Positions 50,564-60,209 of a stretch of DNA of 64,000 bases are shown here, in pieces. Where the stretch lies: NCBI GenBank assembly GCA_963823335.1, contig CAWGLD010000001.1, positions 384,001-448,000 on the forward strand, written 5' to 3'. Every line of letters begins with the position of its first letter. The first letter of the stretch is position 1. Source of the stretch: an uncultured delta proteobacterium (GTDB lineage Bacteria; Desulfobacterota; Desulfobacteria; Desulfobacterales; B30-G6). The position numbers were made by a program, and so were the translations under genes. The notes under the pieces are model-generated. The model worked only from the letters and a program-made list of their open reading frames with translations. It made no database searches and had not been told where the DNA came from.

Positions 50564-50711
50564 AGGAGAGCTTCGAGGATGATACAAGGGTGATAAGAGG
50601 GTTAGGGTAGCTGACGGTAGTGAGCGGACAGCTATCAGTAGCAATAAATTACGCCCGAAGGGCTAATGACCATAAATGACAGCCGAAGGCGCAAATGTCG
50701 CACAACGTGCA
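50564..50711 (+). repeat. degenerate G-tract motif plus mini-hairpin array
   Basis: GATACAAGGGT; AATTAC-GCCC-GAA-GGGC, GCC-GAA-GGC, GCAC-AAC-GTGC. Confidence 0.7.
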
Positions 50712-50728
50712 GAGGAGAGAGAAAAAGC

Positions 50729-51946
50729 ATGGCCATTATCAAACTGTTCAGTGGCTCCCATTGTCTCCACGAGGAGGTGGTTCGAAATATCATTGAAACC
50801 ACCGGTTATCAGAAAATAACGGATCAAGACGTGGTGCAGACATCTGCAAAACTTTCCAGCATGTCGGAAATGAAATTGTTTCGGGCTTTCGCGGCCAGGG
50901 AATCTGTATTCAATAAATTCACCCGGGAAAAAGAAACCGCTGTGGCCCATTTAAAACTTGCCTTATCCCATTTGTTGGATAAAAATGAATTCATCATCAG
51001 TGGCTATTCCGCACTGCTGTTGCCTAGAAAAATCAGCCACGCCATCGGGGTTTGTCTGATTGCCGATTTACAATCCAGAATTTCCAATGCTGTCGAACGG
51101 GAATTGTTGTCCAGAAAAGAGGCCCAAAAATCAATCCGGCGCTCTGATAGAGATTGTGCTGCCTGGACAAACCTGCTTTTTAACATGGATGATCCGTGGA
51201 ACCCTTCACTGCATGACATGGTGATCCCGATGGACAAAAAAAAACCTGAAGAAGCTGCAAATACAATCATTCAAAATGCAGCCAAGGACGTAATTCGAGC
51301 GACTTCCGGTTCAAACCAGGCTGTCATAGACTTCAGGCTTGCCACAGAGGTTGACGTTGCCCTGGCCCGCAGCGGTCATCACTGCGGCGTCGATGCCGAC
51401 GCAGGTGAAATCACCCTGACCATCAACAGACCGGTGCTTGTATTGAACCGCCTTGAAGAAGAGCTGAAGAGTCTCGTCGAGAAAATCCCGGGCGTTTCCG
51501 CCGTCAATACGGTTGTGGGGAAATCGTTTCACCAATCCAGCATCTACCGCAAACACGACTTCGAATTACCCTCGAAAGTGCTGCTGGTAGATGATGAACG
51601 CGAGTTCGTCGAAACACTCTCAGAACGACTCCAGATCAGAGACGTAGGCGCTGCCGTGGCTTATGATGCCAAATCAGCCATGGCAGTCGTCGCCCAGGAC
51701 GAACCGGATGTAATGATTATTGACCTCAAAATGCCGGGAATCGACGGCATGGAGATGCTCCAGAGAATCAAACAGACCCGACCCAACATCGAAGTAATTG
51801 TTTTGACCGGCCATGGATCCAGGGACGACCAGGAACAGTGTATGGCCATGGGGGCTTTCGCCTATCTGCAGAAACCGGTGAATATCGACGAACTGGGAGA
51901 TATCCTTAAAAAGGCCCATGCCAAAATCAACAGCGGCAAGGAATAG
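50729..51946 (+). CDS. cytidylate-kinase-like domain fused to a C-terminal receiver domain
   Basis: VCLIAD..RI, D.DCAAWT..F..DPW.PSLHD; KVLLVDDE, IDLKMPG, LTGHG, QKP. Confidence 0.8.
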   Translation: MAIIKLFSGSHCLHEEVVRNIIETTGYQKITDQDVVQTSAKLSSMSEMKLFRAFAARESVFNKFTREKETAVAHLKLALSHLLDKNEFIISGYSALLLPRKISHAIGVCLIADLQSRISNAVERELLSRKEAQKSIRRSDRDCAAWTNLLFNMDDPWNPSLHDMVIPMDKKKPEEAANTIIQNAAKDVIRATSGSNQAVIDFRLATEVDVALARSGHHCGVDADAGEITLTINRPVLVLNRLEEELKSLVEKIPGVSAVNTVVGKSFHQSSIYRKHDFELPSKVLLVDDEREFVETLSERLQIRDVGAAVAYDAKSAMAVVAQDEPDVMIIDLKMPGIDGMEMLQRIKQTRPNIEVIVLTGHGSRDDQEQCMAMGAFAYLQKPVNIDELGDILKKAHAKINSGKE

Positions 51947-52075
51947 ATACCCGGAGGCAGGCGTCTGAAGCCAAAAGTAAGGAGTAAGACGTCAAAAGAA
52001 AAGACCTCTGTTTAGCGATTGTCAGGTTTGTCCTAGCTGCAAGGAACCCATCACAACAAGCTGGAGATATCAACC

Positions 52076-53545
52076 GTGCTGGATAAATTTAAACCCAGAT
52101 TTTGGGATCATTTAGAATTTCCCGGAGACGATCACCGTCAATCCTATGGTTTACGCCGAAAATGGAAACTCATGGTGGCGCTCACGCTTATTGTCGCCCT
52201 TGTACCGTTTTTAAGTCTTTCCTTTGTCAGCTATCAGTCCATACGAGAGGCCGCCCACTCCGAAGCCATGGGTCAGACACGACGGCTGCTTGAAAACCTG
52301 CAGCAGGTTATCGTCTATCTTATGTCTGAAGATCAGGAAGCGTTGGGCATGAAAACCGGAAAATATTCCACCGAAAACAAGGCAGGTTCCAGAAAAGTGT
52401 CTCAGCTGCTTTCAAAAATAGCCATCGGGAAAGGTGAATCGCTCTTTATTGCCGACACCAACGACCTGGAGAAAAACCTTGCCAGCTGCTGTAAACGCAT
52501 TCAACAAAAAATTGTCTCGTCCCTGCCCGGGAATGATAGTGAAAGCCAGGTCTTCCAGATAAAAGACGACGAGGGGAACCCGTTGATCGTCGGTCATATA
52601 AAAATCCCTGAAACATCCCTGTTGCTGGTCCTCATTCAGAGAGAAGAAATCCTTCTGACAGTCTGGCGCGTATCCTGGATCAAGTTAGCCAGCTTCTACG
52701 GTGCTGGCATTCTGGCCATTCTGGTCATGGTCCTGACCACCGCTACCTATGTCATCAACAAGATACACGTGGCAGACGAACAGCGTATCATGGACCTGCA
52801 TCAAATGGAGTACCATAACAAAATGACGTCCCTGGGCAGACTGTCTGCCGGCATCGCCCACGAAATCAACAATCCCCTGTCCATCATCAACGAAAAAATC
52901 GGTCTCATAAAAGATTTGCTGGTATACCAGACCGACGAGCTGCCCGTGGAAAGACTCGTCACACTGATCAATGATGTGGCGGTTCCCATCCAGCGTTGCG
53001 GCAATGTGACCCACAGACTCTTAAATTTCGGCCGGCATATCGAAACCTCTTTTGAGCCGGTGGATCTTTCCCAGATTCTGTATGATATTGTTGACCTGCT
53101 TAAAAAGGAAGCCGAGTTCAGAGATATCGACATTTATACGAAATTCCCGGACAACTTTCCTGAAATTACAAGCAACAAAGGCAATCTGGAACAGATTTTT
53201 CTCAACGTGATGAACAACGCCTTTACAGCCATGCAATCGGGCGGGCGACTGGATATCGAGGTCCGTAACACGCACCCGGATCATATGGCCATATCCTTTG
53301 AGGATACCGGATGCGGCATGTCCCAGGAAGACGTCAAATACGTTTTCGAACCTTTTTTCTCCTCCAAGAGCACCGGGACAGGGCTAGGTCTCTCCGTCAC
53401 CTATGCACTGGCAAAGGAACTGGGCGGAAATATATCGGTTACCAGCACAGAAGGAAAAGGAACCCGGTTCATTGTTGAACTGCCCCTTAAACCACCTCAC
53501 AAGAAAGACAGGGCAGCCTTTGCGGTTCCCGGGGTTGAAAGGTAA
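52076..53545 (+). CDS. membrane sensor histidine kinase
   Basis: Two TM segments; AHEINNPL, QIFLN..NA, DTGCG, FEPFF, GTGLGL. Confidence 0.93.
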   Translation: MLDKFKPRFWDHLEFPGDDHRQSYGLRRKWKLMVALTLIVALVPFLSLSFVSYQSIREAAHSEAMGQTRRLLENLQQVIVYLMSEDQEALGMKTGKYSTENKAGSRKVSQLLSKIAIGKGESLFIADTNDLEKNLASCCKRIQQKIVSSLPGNDSESQVFQIKDDEGNPLIVGHIKIPETSLLLVLIQREEILLTVWRVSWIKLASFYGAGILAILVMVLTTATYVINKIHVADEQRIMDLHQMEYHNKMTSLGRLSAGIAHEINNPLSIINEKIGLIKDLLVYQTDELPVERLVTLINDVAVPIQRCGNVTHRLLNFGRHIETSFEPVDLSQILYDIVDLLKKEAEFRDIDIYTKFPDNFPEITSNKGNLEQIFLNVMNNAFTAMQSGGRLDIEVRNTHPDHMAISFEDTGCGMSQEDVKYVFEPFFSSKSTGTGLGLSVTYALAKELGGNISVTSTEGKGTRFIVELPLKPPHKKDRAAFAVPGVER

Positions 53546-53591
53546 TTTTTCGGATCCTTCTCAAAAGATGAGGATCCAACGGAGAACACAG

Positions 53592-54257
53592 ATGCATCGA
53601 GACGACACCATCGTATGCAAGGAAACGTTGCAGTATATGAAGGCCATGCTGCCAGTATTTTCACACGAGGCAAAAAATGTGCTGGCCATCATCAACGAAA
53701 ATGCCGGCTTGATGGATGATTACATCCTGATGGCCCAAAAAGGGAAAACCCTCGACCTGGAGCGACTCAGTTCCCTGTCCGCATCCATCAGGAAACAGGT
53801 TGCACGCTTCAACACATTGATTACGGATGTCCGCCAGGTCGCCGACGGACTCGATAATGCCACACAGGATATCTGCCTGGTCCACCATACCAGGCAGATA
53901 TCGGAGTTGCTGTCAGCCAAAGCAGCCATGCGATCTATCCAGTTTCATGTGTGCGCCATTCAAGAACCGATCCTCATTCGCACGCGACCGGTGTTGTTGC
54001 GCCACATAATCTGGAGCTGCCTCGATTACGCCATACATGCCGGCGAACGGGGCCGGCAGCTCCGGTTGTGTCTGGAAACAAGAGTTGAAAATGCGGTCGT
54101 TCTCATATCCGGAATCGACAATCTGACAACGGAATCCATTTCCGCCATCATGCCGGACGAGCAGCGCAGTGTCGTGCTCTCGGCGCTGAATGCCGAACTG
54201 GCAATCGATGTAAATGAAAAAACACTGTTGGTAAAAATAGGGAAACAGCATGCCTGA
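53592..54257 (+). CDS. degenerate histidine-kinase-like protein (H-box only)
   Basis: FSHEAKNVLAIINE; N/G1/F/G2 boxes not recognisable. Confidence 0.65.
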   Translation: MHRDDTIVCKETLQYMKAMLPVFSHEAKNVLAIINENAGLMDDYILMAQKGKTLDLERLSSLSASIRKQVARFNTLITDVRQVADGLDNATQDICLVHHTRQISELLSAKAAMRSIQFHVCAIQEPILIRTRPVLLRHIIWSCLDYAIHAGERGRQLRLCLETRVENAVVLISGIDNLTTESISAIMPDEQRSVVLSALNAELAIDVNEKTLLVKIGKQHA

Positions 54258-54621
54258 TCATGTACTCCTGGTTGACGATGATGAAGATCTGATGGAAATC
54301 GTGTCGGAAAGACTCAAAAACAGAGGCATGAATGTCGACACGGTGGGTAATGTTGACAAAGCATTGCTCTGGCTGGCGAATAAACACTATGATGCCATCA
54401 TTCTGGATTTTCTGATGCCCGGCATGGATGGCTTCGAGACTATCCGGACCATTAGAAAGCAGCAACCCGGTATACGGATCCTTCTCGTGACAGGCCAGAT
54501 GCTGGCCGATGACGGCCGAAAGGCGATTCAACTGGGTGCCGACGCTGTTCTTGAAAAACCGGCCGACCTGGAGGTTCTGGTGAAAGCGATTCGGCCTTCT
54601 AAACCAGGGAAAGACGGATAA
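54250..54621 (+). CDS. single-domain response regulator
   Basis: LLVDDD, LDFLMPGMDG, VTG, EKP. Confidence 0.9.
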   Translation: MPDHVLLVDDDEDLMEIVSERLKNRGMNVDTVGNVDKALLWLANKHYDAIILDFLMPGMDGFETIRTIRKQQPGIRILLVTGQMLADDGRKAIQLGADAVLEKPADLEVLVKAIRPSKPGKDG

Positions 54622-54726
54622 TGCCAATCCCCTGCCCCATAAACCCAAAGAGCCCGATCAGCAGATAGTTGCTTGACTTCCAGATTTTATTTATTATAAT
54701 ACCTGCATCACGAAGAAAAAAAATAA

Positions 54727-54761
54727 AAGGGCACCCACAGTTATCAGCGTGGGTTGCCCTT
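54727..54761. terminator. possible terminator hairpin
   Basis: AAGGGCACCCAC...GTGGGTTGCCCTT with A/T-rich flanks after the operon. Confidence 0.4.
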
Positions 54762-54813
54762 ATTCATTTCCTAAGATGATCGGTTCAATTTTTAGAAATG
54801 TGGGTTTTAGACA

Positions 54814-54916
54814 TATAGGGGTTGTCAGAAAAACGTTCCGATTGAGGACCTTTTTTCTGCTACAACCCCTTATGCCGCCATCCTATTTTCGGAACATTAT
54901 TATGACAAGCGGTATA
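54814..54916 (-). mobile_element. 103-bp MITE-like element, copy 2 (inverted)
   Basis: Reverse complement of copies 1 and 3. Confidence 0.8.
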
Positions 54917-54947
54917 ATTAAATCAAGTGGTTAAAAGGAGCTCTCCT

Positions 54948-55193
54948 ATGTATTTTGAAGCCGTATTCAACCCCTCAGAAAACCTGGAGTACAGTACAGA
55001 CGCCCATAACCTGGCCGGAAAAAAAATAGCCATACAATCCGGTTGGGTTATCAACGAAGGCCAGTTCAAAGGTCAGGAATGTTATTATATTCCAAATTCA
55101 ACCATCGGTCTGATCCCCGTGTGTGACCTGGATGAATTGAAACCACTCCCCTTTGTCAAGTGGCGAGATCTACTCAGTCAGCTGGGATTCTAA
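54948..55193 (+). CDS. small hypothetical protein
   Basis: AGGAG RBS then MYFEAVFNPS...; 81 aa. Confidence 0.6.
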   Translation: MYFEAVFNPSENLEYSTDAHNLAGKKIAIQSGWVINEGQFKGQECYYIPNSTIGLIPVCDLDELKPLPFVKWRDLLSQLGF

Positions 55194-55261
55194 GCTGTAA
55201 GCTGTAAGCCGTAAGCTTTAAGCGGGTGACCGACAACAGCTTATTGCTTACAGCTTATAGC
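55191..55261. repeat. inverted heptamer arrays between convergent genes
   Basis: (TAAGCTG)n facing (CAGCTTA)n; similar at 42776-42826 and 7196. Confidence 0.65.
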
Positions 55262-56935
55262 TCAAAGAGGAAATACCGCTCCCCTATCCGCACTGCTCAC
55301 GTTGGCTGCATACCTTGCCAAATACCCGGTCTTTTTTTTCAGCTCAAACGGTGGCAGCTTTTCACGCCTTGTCTGAATTTCTTCCGCACCCAAGCGGACA
55401 TTCAATGTGTGGCCGGGAATATCGATATCGATGATATCACCCTCCTGAACGATGGCAATGGGACCCCCGGATGCCGCTTCCGGAGATACATGCCCGATAG
55501 CAGCTCCCCTGGTGGCCCCGGAAAACCTGCCGTCCGTAATCAGTGCCACATCCCGGTCGAGCCCCATACCGGCAAGGGCCGACGTGGGAGACAGCATCTC
55601 CCGCATACCCGGTCCCCCTCTGGGCCCTTCGAACCGAATCACAAGTACCTCACCCTTTTGAATCTTACCGGCCATGATAGCTTCAAAGGCTTCGTCTTCG
55701 GAATGAAACACCCTTGCAGGACCCGAGTGTCTGAGCATCTCATCGGCCACCGCCACCTGTTTCACGATAGCACCGTCAGGAGCGATGTTCCCATGAAGTA
55801 CAGCGAGCCCTCCTTTGGCGTGCACCGGGTCATGGACGGGCCGAATTACGGAAGCATCCTTGGTTCCGGCTTTGATGGCCGCCAGCATCTTGCCCATGGG
55901 TTTGCCGGAAACGGTCATTTCCCCCTCGTTGACCAGCTTCTTTTTCATCAACTCCGCCATGATGGCAGGAACACCACCGGCGTGGTAGAGATCCACCACG
56001 TGATGGGGACCGGCCGGCGCTATGGACGTAAGATGCGGAACCTGCTCCGCCAGTCGTTCGAAGTCACCCAGACGGATGTCGACACCCGCATAGTAGGCAA
56101 TGGCGGTAATGTGCAGGACCGAATTCGTGGATCCTCCCAGGGCCATGTCCACCGAAATCATGTTTTCGAAGGCCCCTTTGGTCATAATATTCCTGGGGGT
56201 AAGGCCTTGTTTTGCCAGGGTCACCGCGTGATAACCGGTCTCTTTTGCCAGCCAGATGCGTTCGGAATAGACTGCAGGTATACTGCCATTCAGGGGAAGC
56301 GCCATGCCCAGGGCTTCAGAAAGGTTTGCCATGGTATTGGCCGTAAACATACCCGAACAGGAGCCTGCACCCGGGCAGGCGCTGCATTCAAACGCATCCA
56401 GGTCGCTTTCGCTGATACCCCCGCTTTTCAATCGCCCCACGGCCTCGAACACCTTGTCCAGACCCACCTCACGTCCATGAATCTTTCCGGGCAGCATGGG
56501 GCCGCCGGCAATGAAGATGGACGGGATATCGAGTCTGGCCGCCCCGATCAGCATTCCGGGAATTATTTTATCACAGGAAGCCATGAGAACCAGCCCGTCA
56601 AAGGGATGGGCCATGGCCATGATTTCAAGGGAATCCGCAATCAGTTCCCTGCTGGGCAGCGAATATTTCATGCCGGCGTGGTTCATGGCGATACCGTCAC
56701 AGACACCGATGGTGTTGAAGACCACCGGTGTGCCTCCCGCCGCATAGACACCCGCTTTCACTGCATCTGACAGTTTGTCCAGGTGTATGTGACCGGGAAT
56801 GATTTCATTGAAAGAATTGGCAATCCCGATGATGGGGTTCTGCAGCTCCCGCGTGGTAAACCCGCCTGCTCTCAAGAGAGACCGGTGAGGGGCCCGCTCC
56901 ACTCCCTGGGTCATGAGGTCACTTCTTTTCTTCAT
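55262..56935 (-). CDS. ilvD: dihydroxy-acid dehydratase
   Basis: [54 protein letters not shown]. Confidence 0.96.
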   Translation of the reverse strand: MKKRSDLMTQGVERAPHRSLLRAGGFTTRELQNPIIGIANSFNEIIPGHIHLDKLSDAVKAGVYAAGGTPVVFNTIGVCDGIAMNHAGMKYSLPSRELIADSLEIMAMAHPFDGLVLMASCDKIIPGMLIGAARLDIPSIFIAGGPMLPGKIHGREVGLDKVFEAVGRLKSGGISESDLDAFECSACPGAGSCSGMFTANTMANLSEALGMALPLNGSIPAVYSERIWLAKETGYHAVTLAKQGLTPRNIMTKGAFENMISVDMALGGSTNSVLHITAIAYYAGVDIRLGDFERLAEQVPHLTSIAPAGPHHVVDLYHAGGVPAIMAELMKKKLVNEGEMTVSGKPMGKMLAAIKAGTKDASVIRPVHDPVHAKGGLAVLHGNIAPDGAIVKQVAVADEMLRHSGPARVFHSEDEAFEAIMAGKIQKGEVLVIRFEGPRGGPGMREMLSPTSALAGMGLDRDVALITDGRFSGATRGAAIGHVSPEAASGGPIAIVQEGDIIDIDIPGHTLNVRLGAEEIQTRREKLPPFELKKKTGYLARYAANVSSADRGAVFPL

Positions 56936-57128
56936 GCTGTCTCCTCCAATTAAGCTGTTCCATGATTTTATGGAAGGCAACAGTACACATTTGCGGCTGT
57001 TTCCTGCTCCAAAGTCGTTTATCCTGGCGGGAAAGTCAATGATTTATGGGGGTAAGAAGCACCAAGCGCCCTTGATTTATAATAGCCAAAGGCGTTTCAA
57101 ATGCTCGGGTGTTTATCGATTTGAAAGA

Positions 57129-57159
57129 GTCAACTACCACCCGTGAAACGGGTGGCTTG
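57129..57159 (+). mobile_element. IS200/IS605-type end hairpin (orphan)
   Basis: GTCAACTA-CCACCCGT-GAA-ACGGGTGG-CTTG. Confidence 0.5.
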
Positions 57160-57184
57160 GATTTCCCCCAAAATGGGGGAAAAA

Positions 57185-57258
57185 CAAAGGAGACGGCACG
57201 TCTCCGTAAGTTCAGGTTCGGAACCGCGTGCCAAGCACGCGGTTTGTAGAACAATCAA
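57185..57258. repeat. 74-nt two-hairpin repeat, copy 3
   Basis: GGAGAC-GGCAC-GTCTCC and AACCGCGTGC-CAA-GCACGCGGTT stems. Confidence 0.85.
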
Positions 57259-57262
57259 AGGC

Positions 57263-57964
57263 TCACGCCCGCTCCTTACTCAGGCTTTCATCACATGCCT
57301 TCATGCAGACACTGCAGTTGAGTCCGGCGACACGGTATGTGCGGCAGGCGTAAGGGTTCATGGCATAGGCCTGACCTTTATTAGGCATCTTGAGGGCTTT
57401 GGACGGGCACGCCTTGATACAGGCATTGCATTTGAGACAGTAGTCTTTTCGGGATTTGGGTGTCGGCTCAATGACCGCCTCAGTGAGGAGGCAGGTCATT
57501 TTTATGCGGGGCCCAAATTCAGGGGTAATGAGCATAGTGTGCCGACCCACCGAACCCAAACCTGCCAGCTCGGCAGCATCCTTATAGGAAAACACGGCCC
57601 GCAAAAACCGCTGGTCCGTCGGAGCTACCGTCGGCATGGGCAGGGAGCGATACCCCTGATCCTTCAGAAGCCCCGCCATTCCGTGGACAGCGTTTGTCAG
57701 TCTTCCATTGATGTATTCGGTATGGGTTATGAAATAATCCCCGGAAAAGGCCTCACCCACCTCCTTGCTTGTGCCCAGAAGAGCTACCATCTCCTGAAAA
57801 ATCTCTTTACAGAGAACAACAACGGATTTTGCCCCGGGAAGAAGGGCATTGGCATATTTTTTTAGGTCCTTAGATCCGGATTTTGTAACGGAAGCCACAC
57901 CAACAAGATCTACAGTGAACATGCTCTTCATCTCTTCAAGAAAATTATGGTCAAATTTTGCCAT
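57263..57964 (-). CDS. epoxyqueuosine-reductase-like 2x[4Fe-4S] protein
   Basis: FSYKDAAELAGLG..G..LITPEFGPR; CLKCNACIKACP; C..CSVCMKAC. Confidence 0.75.
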   Translation of the reverse strand: MAKFDHNFLEEMKSMFTVDLVGVASVTKSGSKDLKKYANALLPGAKSVVVLCKEIFQEMVALLGTSKEVGEAFSGDYFITHTEYINGRLTNAVHGMAGLLKDQGYRSLPMPTVAPTDQRFLRAVFSYKDAAELAGLGSVGRHTMLITPEFGPRIKMTCLLTEAVIEPTPKSRKDYCLKCNACIKACPSKALKMPNKGQAYAMNPYACRTYRVAGLNCSVCMKACDESLSKERA

Positions 57965-58036
57965 TCTGACGAATCCTTTCCTGGTTGTTTTTGTCCGTAA
58001 CGGTCATAGTTCACCTTGTCAAAGGCAAGGTCTCCT

Positions 58037-58100
58037 TCTTTGCAGCCTTTGAAATATCCGCATCCTTTGCAATCTTTTCTATCCTTTCCGCTTTTGTCAT
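58037..58100 (-). pseudogene. HU DNA-binding protein 5' remnant
   Basis: AGGAGG RBS; MTKAERIEKIAKDAG|ISKAA across a frameshift, then similarity ends. Confidence 0.6.
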
Positions 58101-58404
58101 GAAGCCTCCTTCTTCGGGCTAAAGGTGAACATAGAACTACCGCCCTGCTTTCAAAACCACTGTGGGAACACGATATCTGTATGGTCAGGTTGTGTCAAGG
58201 AGTCGAGTAGCCCAGGGGGATATAGATGTCAGGCTGGCTTGAAGGTATTTTGATTAGCAAATGTATCTACCGCAATTGGAGCGCCCGGTTGAACCGCAAC
58301 AGCGAGCGCTAACTTCGTAGCTTGCTGCGGGGTTGCCGCCATAGGTTTGAAGATTGTGTTACAGTATAGTCTTCGATTTGGAGGACTCTCCTGAGTTGAT
58401 GTAA

Positions 58405-58668
58405 TCACCTGTTTCCATCAAAATGGTTCTCACTGGATCGCGGCCGTGAAACTTCCTTATATAATGAAAATAATTCGCTGTTTTGAGTCGACGCAGCCTC
58501 GTCCCACAGTCGATTAAGCATAAATTGTTCTATTCTCGGCCAATTCTTAATGTACGGCCGCAAACCATCTTCGGCAAACGTCAGACGATACACGTTGTTG
58601 TACTTCTTTAGCGCATGTTCCCCCACGAGAGATTTGATCATTCGCTCATAGCCGGGATTGGTCATCAA
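58405..58668 (-). pseudogene. MmyB-like ligand-binding domain fragment
   Basis: NVYRLTF..GLRPYIKNW; no HTH. Confidence 0.5.
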
Positions 58669-58872
58669 ATAGCTAATGCCTGTTTGGTAATGATATGAAA
58701 AGGGGCCTTTGTTGGGCCCCTCATTTCCAGGGACTAATAGCCATGTTGTTCACTTTTGAATACCGGAAAAAGCTGAAGAATATTTGCTGTGGTGCTTTCA
58801 GTCTCTTGGTCAATTGGACAGGTAGCGGCAAATCTAATAGATGATAGTGGAACAGTAGGTTCAAGTACCGAT

Positions 58873-59187
58873 TCAAAGCTCGGGATGCAGTACATGATCG
58901 GGTATTGGCCTGACGCTTTTCCAAGCACTAGAGTCTTTTTCAGCATTCCATAGATCATAATTGTTCTGCAGATTGAGCCACAAATCCGGTGTCGTCCCAA
59001 AGGCGCGGGAAAGCCTCAGCGCCATTTCAGGAGAGATACCGCCATTCCCATTCAATATTTTCGATAAAGTTTTCCGGGATACTCCAAGCATTGCGGCCAT
59101 GTCCGTTATGGTAATTTCCAATGGTACCAGATAATCTTCCCTCAAAATTGTGCCGGGGTGGGTTGGTTGTCTTTTCATTTTCTTCAT
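58873..59187 (-). CDS. higA: HigA family antitoxin
   Basis: PTHPGTILREDYL, ISPEMALRLSRAFGTTPDLWLNLQNNYDL. Confidence 0.92.
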   Translation of the reverse strand: MKKMKRQPTHPGTILREDYLVPLEITITDMAAMLGVSRKTLSKILNGNGGISPEMALRLSRAFGTTPDLWLNLQNNYDLWNAEKDSSAWKSVRPIPDHVLHPEL

Positions 59188-59200
59188 ATTATCTTACCTT

Positions 59201-59359
59201 TCAATGATAATCGCCATAATTGACGACATATGCGTTGCCATCTACGAATTCGAAGAATATGCGCCAGTTCCCGGACACACGAACTGAATATTGTCCATCT
59301 AAATTCCCAGATAGCTTATGGAGGTAAGCGACTGGATAGTTCATATCAATAATGTCAAT
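59201..59359 (-). pseudogene. higB: HigB (RelE-type) toxin, 5'-truncated
   Basis: DMNYP..LHKLSGNLDGQYSVRVSGNWRIFFEF..DYH*; in-frame TGA upstream, N-terminal half missing. Confidence 0.82.
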
Positions 59360-59714
59360 GGATAGTTGTCAATAGGGAGCGAGTAAAACAGAGGCTGGAT
59401 TGTGGAACTGAATCATACTTGCCATGGTCAATTTCCCAAATGCTTTTTCAAAGATTTGAAACGGCAATATCAATGTTGATAGGACCGAGGCCAATAAAGA
59501 TTACAGCAAATTCTGAGAATACTGCCAAGTTTGGGCTTTATGATTAGTCTTCGGACCATCAAGATCAAGCAGTATGACCAAATCTACACCTGATTATGAC
59601 CGACCTCGGGAGTTGATTCCTTTATGAAGTTGATAATTGAAGGAAAATCAAGTTGGGGTTGAACCGACTGTCTGATTTGCCGAGCTTGTCAGGTTATCGT
59701 CATATTTTGGCAGT

Positions 59715-59817
59715 TATACCGCTTGTAATAATAATGTTCCGAAAATAGGATGGCGGCATAAGGGGTTGTAGCAGAAAAAAGGTCCTCAATCGGAACGTTT
59801 TTCTGACAACCCCTATA
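59715..59817 (+). mobile_element. 103-bp MITE-like element, copy 3
   Basis: Near-identical to copies 1 and 2. Confidence 0.8.
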
Positions 59818-59880
59818 ATCCTCCCTAAACCCTTTTTATTATTGCCCCGGTCTTCCAATTTGTCCATAATGATATTGAAA

Positions 59881-59929
59881 AACCTCACAGCATGAGAAGC
59901 AGTGCCGAACGGCAGAACCTGCGAGGAAT
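59881..59929. repeat. 49-nt REP-like repeat
   Basis: Close match to 63111-63159. Confidence 0.65.
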
Positions 59930-59972
59930 ATTCTCGCTGTTTCGTTTCAAACATCAACATAAAAGGAAGCCC

Positions 59973-60140
59973 ATGAGTAACTGCGACAAATGCGCCTTTC
60001 GGGCCAAATACGATAAAGCCCCCCGGTCATTCCTGGGACGGCTATGGAAATGGCACATCCGCTGGTGTCCCGGCTGGAAGTCGCACCTGAAATCACAGTC
60101 TGAGGAAAAACGGGAAGCACTTTTGAAGCAATATAGATAG
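59973..60140 (+). CDS. small Cys/Trp-rich hypothetical protein (55 aa)
   Basis: AAGGA RBS; MSNCDKC..LWKWHIRWCPGW. Confidence 0.65.
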   Translation: MSNCDKCAFRAKYDKAPRSFLGRLWKWHIRWCPGWKSHLKSQSEEKREALLKQYR

Positions 60141-60141
60141 A

Positions 60142-60209
60142 AGACTATTAGACTGTTAGACCATAGGCTGTAGGCCGCAAATAGTCTACAGTCTAAACAC
60201 CTATAGTCT
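60142..60209. repeat. inverted 7-8-mer arrays between convergent genes
   Basis: AGACTATT/AGACTGTT facing TAGTCT/CAGTCT. Confidence 0.55.

Noticed and set aside
57263-57964. Reductive dehalogenase
   Set aside because: Only 233 aa, no Tat signal, no membrane-anchor partner; fits the QueG-like group better
59370-59640. Degraded DUF86/HEPN toxin on the + strand
   Set aside because: Only a faint MISLR..QYD resemblance with stops; not supportable without a search
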